Below are positions 41,569 to 49,617 of a stretch of DNA of 49,617 bases, piece by piece. The stretch comes from Alphaproteobacteria bacterium. GTDB taxonomy: Bacteria > Pseudomonadota > Alphaproteobacteria > Rs-D84. The notes under the pieces are model-generated. The model was not told where the DNA came from, ran no database searches, and saw only the letters and a program-made list of their open reading frames with translations. The translations under genes and the position numbers were made by a program. The DNA lies in assembly GCA_016927395.1 (NCBI GenBank), contig JAFGMU010000009.1, positions 1-49,617 on the forward strand, written 5' to 3'. Position 1 is the first letter of the stretch. The number at the start of each line of letters is the position of its first letter.

Positions 41569-43833
41569 TTAGAACTGGGTTTCAAAAGATAACAAAAATC
41601 TTCTTTCACGGTCATATGGATTCAAGTGCAGTGGCCAACCCCATGAAAAGTTAATTGGTCCCATCGGTGTATTCCAATAAATTCCAACACCGGCACTGGT
41701 ACGTACATCTTGGTCTATTAAGTTTGGTTTGCCCAAATATTCATATTCGGCCTTTGGTGGACGACCCAAAACACCATAATCTGTGAACAAGAAACCTTTT
41801 ATTTGATATTCGTCAGGTATGAATATTGGAAAGTTTAACTGTGTAGAACCATTCAATTTCCACATGCCACCCAATGAATATGTTTGATATGCCCAGTTTC
41901 TGCTGCCGATACCCGCGACATCAAAACCGCGCAAAGATTCACCGCCCAAAAAGTAACGATAAACACGTGATACATAATCACCATCTAATGGTTGAACTAA
42001 ACCAAATTCCAACGAAGATTTTAACTGCCAACGATTATCAAAGAAGTTTACCAATCCAGTTACATCCGCATTATATCGCATGAATGTTTCCGTGCTGCCG
42101 AAACCAGTATATGCCAGTCCTAAATTAGCAACAACACCAGTGTGCGTATTCTGGGTAAAATCTGTATCCATATTATAATATTTGAAATTTGTGCCCAATG
42201 TGTACAAATCAGCTACCTGCCAACCAGATGATTGTAAATCATAGTTTTGGTCATAAGATGCACTGAGACGCAAAGTCTGTGACCAGTTGTCAGTTAATTT
42301 CCACCCCAGACGCCCAGCCAACATTAAACTGTCGCGATCATATCCCAAACTTCCCAAAGAAGAATAGTTATATGTAGTGTATGATACATCAAATCCACCT
42401 GACAGATCGCGACCGAATAAATACGGTTCTGTAAAGCTGAAAACAGCCTGTTTTTGATACTGTGCAACAGATCCTTTGATTTGAACGATTTGTCCGCGTC
42501 CCATAAAGTTATTTTCTGTTATCCCAGCATCAATCATAAATCCGTTAATATTTGACCAGCCAATACCACCTGATAATTCACCAGTTGGTTGTTCTTCGAC
42601 TTTGACATCCAAGTTCATTAAATTCTGACCTTCGATACGTGTCGGTACCATTTGAACGTCTTTGAAATATCTGGTACGCATCATTTGCTGGCGGCCCTGT
42701 TCAATTGTTTGTAGTGAAAAAGGATCGCCTTCGCGCATTGGTAACAAGTGTTCTATAACACCGTCGAATGTTCTGACATTACCAAGAATATTGATACTGT
42801 TCAGATAAACCCTGTTTGTTTTTTGAATTGAAAAGTCTAAGTCAATAGTTCTGTTGTCATTATGTTTTTCTGGAATTGTGTTTACATTTATAAATGCATA
42901 CCCATGTTCTGCAACAGCGCTGCGCAGTGCAGAAACTGTTTCATCTACTTTATCAACGTTATAAAAATCACCTTGGGACATTTTTATTGCTTTATACAAT
43001 TGTGAATCCGGGACATCTTTGAAAGGATTTTTAATTGTCATTTTTCCGAATTTATATCTGGGACCTTCGTCAACGTTAAAGGTGACAGAATAAGATTTTC
43101 TATCAGGTGTAAATACACCTTTTGCATCTTTTATTTGGAAATCTACATAACCGTTACGTAAATAAAATTGGTGTAATAATTGTTGGTCATATTGAATTCT
43201 GTCTTCGTCAAAAACGTCAAACTGTGTCATGAAACGCCACCAAGCATGTTCGCGTGACAGTATTTCACCGCGCAGAGTTTTGCTGCTGAATTTTTTGTTT
43301 CCAGTAAATTTAATTTTGTCGATGTATGTTGGGTGACCTTCGGTTACTTCGTAAACAACGTTTACACGATTATCTGCCAGATTTATTTTTTTTGGATTTA
43401 TTGTTGTGCCAAAAAATCCTTTTCGCTGATAAACAACCAGCATACGTTGAACGTCGGCACCAATAACTGATTCATCATAAGAAGAACGTTCTTTTAATCT
43501 GATTTCTTTTTTTAAATCATCATTTGAAATTTCATCGTTTCCTTCGATTGTGACCATGTTCACAGTTGGTGATTCAGCCAATTTAATTTTCAATACACCA
43601 TCATTCAATTTCACATCAACTTTTGAAAAATAACCAGACTGCTGTAATTTTTTTGCGATTTGATTAACATCTTCGGAATTCAAATCGTTTCCAATTTTTA
43701 CATCAGCCAACAGTCGAACAGATTCTGAATCCATTCTTTGATTTCCAGATACATCTATGCGTGATACAACATCTGCAAATGCAGAAAAAGCAACAGCCAT
43801 AGAACAAACAGCAGAAAGTATTATTTTTTTCAT
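41569..43833 (-). CDS. bamA: outer membrane protein assembly factor BamA
   Basis: Five POTRA-like repeats, C-terminal barrel ending ...FLLSFETQF. Follows rseP as in the conserved operon. Confidence 0.95.
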   Translation of the reverse strand: MKKIILSAVCSMAVAFSAFADVVSRIDVSGNQRMDSESVRLLADVKIGNDLNSEDVNQIAKKLQQSGYFSKVDVKLNDGVLKIKLAESPTVNMVTIEGNDEISNDDLKKEIRLKERSSYDESVIGADVQRMLVVYQRKGFFGTTINPKKINLADNRVNVVYEVTEGHPTYIDKIKFTGNKKFSSKTLRGEILSREHAWWRFMTQFDVFDEDRIQYDQQLLHQFYLRNGYVDFQIKDAKGVFTPDRKSYSVTFNVDEGPRYKFGKMTIKNPFKDVPDSQLYKAIKMSQGDFYNVDKVDETVSALRSAVAEHGYAFINVNTIPEKHNDNRTIDLDFSIQKTNRVYLNSINILGNVRTFDGVIEHLLPMREGDPFSLQTIEQGRQQMMRTRYFKDVQMVPTRIEGQNLMNLDVKVEEQPTGELSGGIGWSNINGFMIDAGITENNFMGRGQIVQIKGSVAQYQKQAVFSFTEPYLFGRDLSGGFDVSYTTYNYSSLGSLGYDRDSLMLAGRLGWKLTDNWSQTLRLSASYDQNYDLQSSGWQVADLYTLGTNFKYYNMDTDFTQNTHTGVVANLGLAYTGFGSTETFMRYNADVTGLVNFFDNRWQLKSSLEFGLVQPLDGDYVSRVYRYFLGGESLRGFDVAGIGSRNWAYQTYSLGGMWKLNGSTQLNFPIFIPDEYQIKGFLFTDYGVLGRPPKAEYEYLGKPNLIDQDVRTSAGVGIYWNTPMGPINFSWGWPLHLNPYDRERRFLLSFETQF

Positions 43834-43835
43834 TT

Positions 43836-44894
43836 TTAATTCAATCCAAATACACGCGCCAAATCATTCCACATTGTCAAAGCAAACAGGCACATTATTA
43901 ATATCCAGCCGCCAATCATAGTGATTTCCATACCACGACCACCCAATTTGCGACGACTTATGGCTTCGATTATCAGTATCAACAAATAACCGCCATCCAA
44001 CACCGGTAAAGGTAACAAATTTATAACTGCCAAGTTAACCGATAATAATGCAATAATTGACAGTAAAGCAAAAAATCCTTCGGACATTGCTTTTGCTGAT
44101 ACTTCTGCGATTGTTATAAATGAACCCAATTGTTTGCTGGAACGTTCACCGGTTATTATTTGTTTCATCACAACCAATAAAGTTTTTGATTGGTTGTATG
44201 TTTCACGTGCGCCAGAATACATTGCACCAAAAATTCCTTTTTTACGGAATTCGGTTTTGCTGCCATCTGCGACCAATCCCCATCTGGGCACAGGTGATAG
44301 TTTTACCTGGACTAATTTTTCACCACGTACCAATGTGACATCAGCATCACGATTGGATGCTAATTCTTTTGCAACTATGATTTCGCCCCAGTTTGTTATT
44401 TTTTTATTATCAATACGAATAACAGTATCGCCAGCGCGAACACCAGATTTGAAAGCAGGGCTGTTTTGAATAACTTGACCAACAACAGGCAACTGGATAT
44501 TTTTTGGGCGAAAAGCAAATAATGTTGAATAAATTCCCCATGCCAAAATAAAATTCATAACAACGCCGGCGGCAATAATAATAAATTGTTTCCAAGCGGG
44601 TGCTGACAAATAATGTCCAATCTTTTTTTCTTTTGGTAATTCTGCATATTTTTTACGACTGAACATATCTTCTTGACCGTAAATAGATACAAAACCGCCC
44701 AAGGGCAACAAAGATATTTTCCAAATTGTTCCGCGTTTATCTTTCCATTTTAAAATGGCAGGACCAAATCCGATTGAAAAAGTATCAACACGAACCTTTG
44801 CCCAACGTGCAGCCAAAAAATGTCCCAGTTCGTGTACAAAAACCACCACGCCCAAGACAATCAACAACGCAGCAATGGTCAAAATAGTTTCCAT
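43836..44894 (-). CDS. rseP: RIP zinc metalloprotease RseP
   Basis: HELGHF, PDZ region, NLLPLPVLDGG. Confidence 0.9.
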   Translation of the reverse strand: METILTIAALLIVLGVVVFVHELGHFLAARWAKVRVDTFSIGFGPAILKWKDKRGTIWKISLLPLGGFVSIYGQEDMFSRKKYAELPKEKKIGHYLSAPAWKQFIIIAAGVVMNFILAWGIYSTLFAFRPKNIQLPVVGQVIQNSPAFKSGVRAGDTVIRIDNKKITNWGEIIVAKELASNRDADVTLVRGEKLVQVKLSPVPRWGLVADGSKTEFRKKGIFGAMYSGARETYNQSKTLLVVMKQIITGERSSKQLGSFITIAEVSAKAMSEGFFALLSIIALLSVNLAVINLLPLPVLDGGYLLILIIEAISRRKLGGRGMEITMIGGWILIMCLFALTMWNDLARVFGLN

Positions 44895-44922
44895 ATTATT
44901 TCCTTCCCTTCAAATTTTTTTA

Positions 44923-45573
44923 TTACAGCATAACCAGCCAGACAATTGGCAGAACGTAAATCCATCCATCGAATCTATCTAAAATTCCGCCATGACCAGG
45001 TAAAATATTTCCAAAGTCTTTTATACCAGTTTTTCTTTTTATCCAGCTGGCGGTTAAATCACCGTATTGTGATAATAATGATACTGAAATTCCAATCCAT
45101 AATAATTGTGGTAAAAATGTATCAGTTCCCAACAAACCATACATAACTGCTGCAAATGTTCCACATGCAATACCTGCAATTTGACCAGACCATGTTTTAC
45201 CTGCTGATAGTCTTTCCCACATTTTATCGCCACCCAGTTTTTTACCAAAAAACCATGCGCCAATGTCAGCAGAACTGATTGTTAATAACAACAATAATAC
45301 AATCCATGGGCGTGCGCCAACAAAATAAGCTGCAAACATAAAAAATATTAACCAAGCAAAAGCAAAACCAAAAGTCAAAATGTTATTTTTTTCAAACATT
45401 TTCTTTTTTGGAATTTTTCTAAAAGCCATTATCAATTCAAATATCATTCCAAGCGCAATAATAACACTTAGAATTTTAACAGCGTGTATTCCAAAGTATT
45501 CGGCAACCCCAGCACCAACAGCGATCAATGCCATAGCAGTTCCAACCAAAATTCTTTTTTTATTCTCTGTCAT
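44923..45573 (-). CDS. cdsA: phosphatidate cytidylyltransferase
   Basis: SQYGDLTASWIKRKTGIKDFGNILPGHGGILDRFDG signature. Confidence 0.9.
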   Translation of the reverse strand: MTENKKRILVGTAMALIAVGAGVAEYFGIHAVKILSVIIALGMIFELIMAFRKIPKKKMFEKNNILTFGFAFAWLIFFMFAAYFVGARPWIVLLLLLTISSADIGAWFFGKKLGGDKMWERLSAGKTWSGQIAGIACGTFAAVMYGLLGTDTFLPQLLWIGISVSLLSQYGDLTASWIKRKTGIKDFGNILPGHGGILDRFDGWIYVLPIVWLVML

Positions 45574-46343
45574 TTTGATTTTCCTTTCTTTCCAGAATAA
45601 TCTTTTTCTTTGCCACCACCAAAACGTCTGTTGCGTTTGGCAAATTCTTCCATAATTTCTGCCCAGTGTTTTTTACTTTTAACCAATTCTGGCCAATGAT
45701 ATGGAACGAATAATAATTCAGCATAAGCCAATTTCCATAACAAAAAGTTTGAAATGCGATTTTCGTTACTTGTTCTTACCATGAAATCAATTGGTAATAA
45801 ATCACCAGTGTCCAAGAAAGATTCAAAAGATTCACGTGTTATTGATTTTTCGCCAGATTCAATAATCCCATTAACAGCATTTATTATTTCATCTTGTCCA
45901 CCGTAATTTAATGCAAATACAACAGTGCCAGATGTATTTTCTGCTGATTTTTCTTCCAATTCGTCACATAGTTTTGCTAATTTTTTTGGCAGACGATCAC
46001 GTGAACCAATAACACGATAACGCAGATTTTTTTCAATAGAATGTTTTAAATTTTTCTTTAATTCTGTGTAAAAAAGATTCATTAAAAAATCAACTTCTTC
46101 TTTACTTCTATCCCAATTCTCTGTCGAGAAAATAAAAAAAGTTACAGTTGAAACACCATGAGCCATGAACCAGTCAACTAAGTTTTCAAAGTTTGATATA
46201 CCGGCCTTGTGTCCCATCAATGGGGGTAATCCATGTTCCTTGGCCCAGCGGCGGTTACCATCACAAATAAAAGCAACGTGCTGAGGAATTTTTTTTGACG
46301 CATCAACAACGGTTGTTTTTTTCTTTTTCAGAAATTTAAACAT
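45570..46343 (-). CDS. uppS: undecaprenyl diphosphate synthase
   Basis: HVAFICDGNRRWA, SNFLLWKLAYAELLF. Confidence 0.95.
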   Translation of the reverse strand: MFKFLKKKKTTVVDASKKIPQHVAFICDGNRRWAKEHGLPPLMGHKAGISNFENLVDWFMAHGVSTVTFFIFSTENWDRSKEEVDFLMNLFYTELKKNLKHSIEKNLRYRVIGSRDRLPKKLAKLCDELEEKSAENTSGTVVFALNYGGQDEIINAVNGIIESGEKSITRESFESFLDTGDLLPIDFMVRTSNENRISNFLLWKLAYAELLFVPYHWPELVKSKKHWAEIMEEFAKRNRRFGGGKEKDYSGKKGKSK

Positions 46344-46369
46344 GATTTAATCTTTATTTTTGGAAAATT

Positions 46370-46930
46370 TTATACAGACATGATGTCGGTTTCTTTTTGT
46401 TTTGCCAATGCATCAACTTCGGATGCGCGGTGTTCAAACACTTTTTGCAGGTCTTCTTCGAAACGACGTTGATCGTCTTCGGATATTTCTTTGTCTGTGA
46501 CTGCGCGTTTGATTTTTCCCATCAAATCCTGGCGAATATTGCGCATAGAAATTTTTGCTTCTTCGGCATATTTTCCAGAAACCTTGACCAATTCTTTGCG
46601 ACGTTCTTCGGTTAATGGTGGCAGGTTCAATCTGATTACACCACCTGCTGTCATTGGGTTTAATCCCAAACCAGAATCACGGATTGCCTTTTCAACAGCT
46701 GCTGCATTTGATGCGTCCCAAACTGTGACTGACAAAACAGTATTTTCTGGTGCGGATACTGTCGCAACTTGGTTAAGTGGCATTTCGGTTCCATAAACTG
46801 GAACACGAACACCGTCCAGTAAATGTACAGATGCACGACCTGTACGCAGACCGGCAAATTCTTCTTTTAATATTTCAATAGTTTGAAGTGTTTTTTGTTC
46901 AGCTTCGGACTTCAAAGAATTATAATCCAT
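46370..46930 (-). CDS. frr: ribosome recycling factor
   Basis: FAGLRTGRASVHLLDGVRV..YG, LNLPPLTEERRKELVK. Start set at MDYNSLK (186 aa). Confidence 0.95.
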   Translation of the reverse strand: MDYNSLKSEAEQKTLQTIEILKEEFAGLRTGRASVHLLDGVRVPVYGTEMPLNQVATVSAPENTVLSVTVWDASNAAAVEKAIRDSGLGLNPMTAGGVIRLNLPPLTEERRKELVKVSGKYAEEAKISMRNIRQDLMGKIKRAVTDKEISEDDQRRFEEDLQKVFEHRASEVDALAKQKETDIMSV

Positions 46931-47025
46931 AATGTTTCTCCTGTTATACACGCTAATATATAGCAAATTGAGTTGACATTTAGCAAGAAGAAATATAAAA
47001 TGTGCGAGCAAATATCGAAATATAC

Positions 47026-47101
47026 GGGGTTGTAGCTCAGTTGGTAGAGCACTTGCATGGCATGCAAGGGGTCGTCGGTTCGAGTCCGATCAGCTCCACC
47101 A
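47026..47101 (+). tRNA. tRNA-Ala (anticodon GGC)
   Basis: 76-nt cloverleaf with G3:U70, anticodon loop ATGGCAT, encoded CCA. Confidence 0.9.
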
Positions 47102-47116
47102 AGTTTTTTGATTTTT

Positions 47117-47180
47117 GGGGTTGGGACACTTGATGACATGCAACACGCACTCGTCGGTTCGAGTCCGATCAGCTCCACCA
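47117..47180 (+). pseudogene. D-arm-less tandem copy of tRNA-Ala (acceptor stem + T-arm intact)
   Basis: GGGGTTG + 29 nt resembling the anticodon arm (CACTTGATGACATGCAA vs CACTTGCATGGCATGCAA) + a 30-nt exact repeat of the tRNA 3' end (tcgtcggttcgagtccgatcagctccacca). Confidence 0.7.
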
Positions 47181-47228
47181 GACTTTTGGGGATTAGAAGA
47201 GAGAATTCAAATAACCAAAAGGTTTTTA

Positions 47229-47927
47229 ATGAAAAGAATTGAATCATTGTTTGATATTTTATCGGAAGTTGGGGTCAGAAGAATTCCAACTATGAGTTAT
47301 TTCTTTAATAAAGATGTTTTTTCTGGATGTTTGGTGGTTGGTGTGGGACCTGGAATTTGTGATATAAATAACAGTATAAAAACATCAGGTGTTAAAATTA
47401 ATTATCTGTTGGATGTTGTTTATAAATTTAATGCTAAAAATTATAAGTTAATAAAAAAAATAGAAAATAAAGAATCGAAAGGTTTTTGTGTTTGTAGAAA
47501 AAAAGGTTCTGTTAATTATCCTTTTGTAGGTGTTGTTAATATTAAAGCGTTTGGTGAAAATTTTTCTATGGGCAATCCTATGTTAAGATCAGGTGAAATA
47601 GAACTATGTAACAGTTTTGGGTGTTTTGATAAATTTAATTCATTTGCTGAGTATGAAGATCAAATTCCTTACTTACCAGATGGTAAAAATAAAGATTTTG
47701 TTTATTATTATCCTGGTCATGAAATAGTTGTTATGGAACAATTGAAATATCTTGAAAAATGGGTGCAAAAAAAGCTTTTGATTACCGAAAATGAACTTAA
47801 TTATATTAAAAAATATAAAACTTATTTAGACGATTTGGTAAAAAGTTGGAAAATTTATCAAACTTCTGATTATGATCGTAAGACACAGGCAATGGCTTTG
47901 TTTGAAAAATCAGCCCAAGGTAAATAA
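47229..47927 (+). CDS. hypothetical protein (232 aa) between tRNA-Ala and tRNA-His
   Basis: Start moved to MKRIES because the track start overlaps the tRNA-like element. No motif. Confidence 0.55.
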   Translation: MKRIESLFDILSEVGVRRIPTMSYFFNKDVFSGCLVVGVGPGICDINNSIKTSGVKINYLLDVVYKFNAKNYKLIKKIENKESKGFCVCRKKGSVNYPFVGVVNIKAFGENFSMGNPMLRSGEIELCNSFGCFDKFNSFAEYEDQIPYLPDGKNKDFVYYYPGHEIVVMEQLKYLEKWVQKKLLITENELNYIKKYKTYLDDLVKSWKIYQTSDYDRKTQAMALFEKSAQGK

Positions 47928-47976
47928 TTTTTCTTGAATATCCAAGATTTTAATGTTAGGATTGTCGAGCTGTTAC

Positions 47977-48053
47977 GGCGGATGTAGCTCAGTTGGTAGA
48001 GCGCCGGTTTGTGGTACCGGTTGTCGCGGGTTCGAGCCCCGTCATTCGCCCCA
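47977..48053 (+). tRNA. tRNA-His (anticodon GTG) with encoded G-1:C73
   Basis: G-GCGGATG...CATTCGC-C-CCA, anticodon loop TTGTGGT. Confidence 0.9.
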
Positions 48054-48173
48054 GTTATAAAAACACCGCTTTTGCGGTGTTTTTAATGAAAAAAATATTG
48101 ACAATATTATATTTTGTATAGTATAATATTCTCAAAAGTATAATATAAAATTTATATATAAGGTTAATAAATT

Positions 48174-48722
48174 ATGAAAATGAACTTTAATACAAAATTA
48201 ATTTTGTTTTATCTGGTTTTTATGGCTGGGGTTAAAGCTAATGCCCAGACAACTAAATCTGATTCAGCACGATTTGCAAAAGAATTGTCTATTGAAACTG
48301 CGAAAAAACTTGATTTTATTAAATCAAATAATCCAAATGGTTATAAAGTTTTATTGGATGATTTGCAGTTGAATTATAATAAATATTCCAGAAATATCGA
48401 CAGTTTACGTAGCTTGGCCAAAATTATTATTTCTGAACAAACTGGTGATGGCGATTTAATAGATTCCTGGGAAGTTGTGTCCGAGGATACTTTGAAAAAA
48501 GATGGCCAAGTTTTAGATTTGTTTGAATTGAACAAAGCAACAATGCTGATTGAAAAGTCAAAAGAAGAATTAAAAAATCAAAATAAACAAAAAGATTTTT
48601 TGATAAATAAAGAATTTATAGGGATTTTGGATAAAATTGGTGGTTGGGATTTTTCAAGCAAACCTGTAAAAATGGGGTTGTTTAAAAGAATGATAGTAAG
48701 ATTTGGTGGGAAAACAAAATAA
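48174..48722 (+). CDS. secreted hypothetical protein
   Basis: Signal peptide ...MAGVKANA. No motif. Confidence 0.55.
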   Translation: MKMNFNTKLILFYLVFMAGVKANAQTTKSDSARFAKELSIETAKKLDFIKSNNPNGYKVLLDDLQLNYNKYSRNIDSLRSLAKIIISEQTGDGDLIDSWEVVSEDTLKKDGQVLDLFELNKATMLIEKSKEELKNQNKQKDFLINKEFIGILDKIGGWDFSSKPVKMGLFKRMIVRFGGKTK

Positions 48723-48748
48723 AAAAACCGCTGTAATAAGCGGTTTTT
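48721..48748 (+). terminator. intrinsic terminator
   Basis: aaaaaaACCGCTgtaataAGCGGTttttt. Confidence 0.8.
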
Positions 48749-48754
48749 ATTATG

Positions 48755-48780
48755 ATATTGTCTACTATAGTAGACAATAT
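48755..48780. repeat. 26-bp perfect palindrome
   Basis: ATATTGTCTACTA|TAGTAGACAATAT, verified base by base. Confidence 0.9.
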
Positions 48781-48806
48781 TTAATTCACAGTTAATGTAA
48801 TATATT

Positions 48807-49523
48807 TTATTCCAAAACCTGTTTCTGAAGGTCGATTATTTTTTTGCACCCCGCCTTGGACAATTCCATCAGACCCAATAATTGTTCCTGGGTAAATGGA
48901 TGTTCTTCGCCGGTTGCCTGGATTTCAATAAAGTTTCCATTTCCAGATAATACAAAGTTCGCGTCTAGTTCTGCGCCGCAATCTTCTTCAAAATCCAAAT
49001 CTAAAATCATTTCACCATTTCTTACACCGGCACTGACCGCAGCAACATAGTCAGAAATAGGATTTTCACGGATACGTCCTGATTCTAATAATTTCTTTAC
49101 CGCCAATGACAGTGCAACAAATCCACCCGTGATGCTGGCACATCTGGTGCCGCCATCTGCCTGGATTACGTCGCAATCAATTGTAATTGTGTTTTTGCCC
49201 AGTTTTTCCATATCAACCACACTTCGTATTGAACGGCCAATCAATCTGGAAATTTCAGAAGAACGATGGTCGCGTGCGATTGCCTCACGTCCTTTGCGAA
49301 TGTCAACTGCACGTGGCAGCATCGAATATTCTGCCGACACCCATCCACCGGTTTTGTTTTGTTGACGTTTCCACAGTGGTTGATTTGGTTCAACAGATGC
49401 TGTGCAAATAATCTGGGTTCCACCAATTTTGATTAAACATGATCCTTCGGCCCATTTATTTATGTTGGTTTCCATGGATATTGGGCGTATTTGGTCTGCT
49501 TTTCTAAGTGAAGGGCGTATCAT
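48807..49523 (-). CDS. rph: ribonuclease PH
   Basis: MIRPSLRKADQIRPISMETN..AEGSCLIKIGGTQIIC, DCDVIQADGGTR. Start set at the internal Met. Confidence 0.9.
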   Translation of the reverse strand: MIRPSLRKADQIRPISMETNINKWAEGSCLIKIGGTQIICTASVEPNQPLWKRQQNKTGGWVSAEYSMLPRAVDIRKGREAIARDHRSSEISRLIGRSIRSVVDMEKLGKNTITIDCDVIQADGGTRCASITGGFVALSLAVKKLLESGRIRENPISDYVAAVSAGVRNGEMILDLDFEEDCGAELDANFVLSGNGNFIEIQATGEEHPFTQEQLLGLMELSKAGCKKIIDLQKQVLE

Positions 49524-49617
49524 GTGTTTTACCTTTTGTATTGACAAATTTGTTTTTTGTTTTATATTGTCACATGTTACATACAAGGGAATATAAAATC
49601 AAATGAAAACATTGATA

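Noticed and set aside
47117-47180. tmRNA (ssrA) tRNA-like domain or a piece of a two-piece alphaproteobacterial tmRNA
   Set aside because: There is no tag reading frame, pseudoknots or permuted acceptor/coding-piece layout nearby. The middle segment is clearly a degraded tRNA-Ala anticodon arm, so it is a tRNA-Ala derivative.

Overview
About 33% GC chromosomal window with alphaproteobacterial, Rickettsiales/Holosporales-like gene content. Housekeeping genes: parC, rpmG, gap, miaA, priA, lpxI, birA, the frr-uppS-cdsA-rseP-bamA block and rph. There are five tRNAs: Leu-TAG, Glu-TTC, Asp-GTC, Ala-GGC and His-GTG. Four accessory regions sit between the housekeeping genes. (1) 2.9-5.1 kb is a decayed, GC-richer island next to tRNA-Glu/Asp. 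It carries a MuF-motif / peptidoglycan-binding / Tlde1(DUF2778)-type toxin, a small membrane protein that may be its immunity partner, and DUF488 and serine-recombinase remnants. (2) 6.4-11.4 kb is a surface-polysaccharide locus (Stealth phosphotransferase, two GT2 enzymes, a glycosyltransferase-methyltransferase fusion). It ends in an orphan phage tail-fibre/receptor-binding-like gene bracketed by terminators. (3) 22.9-37.5 kb is the most unusual region: a compact T7-like (podovirus-type) particle gene cluster. It encodes endolysin, holin, scaffold, major capsid, tubular proteins A and B, the N-terminal domain of a T7 fibre, large terminase, portal and spanin-like genes. It has no integrase, polymerase, small terminase or internal core proteins. 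Its large terminase gene is cut in two by an oppositely oriented 3.3 kb block carrying a full-length dnaB, a dual-HTH regulator and an unknown gene. The cluster also holds a histone-H1-like Lys/Ala/Pro repeat protein and two secreted cysteine-rich repeat proteins. I read it as a candidate domesticated GTA-like particle system; a decaying prophage is the alternative. (4) 38-40.4 kb holds a lipoprotein plus two translationally coupled, possibly VirB8/DotI-like membrane proteins; an orphan virB11 lies at 15.4 kb. Other candidates are a promoter/terminator-bracketed CU-rich sRNA (about 21.05-21.25 kb), a D-arm-less tandem copy of tRNA-Ala, and a 26-bp perfect palindrome. All calls come from reading the sequence and remembered family motifs. 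No database search was run.
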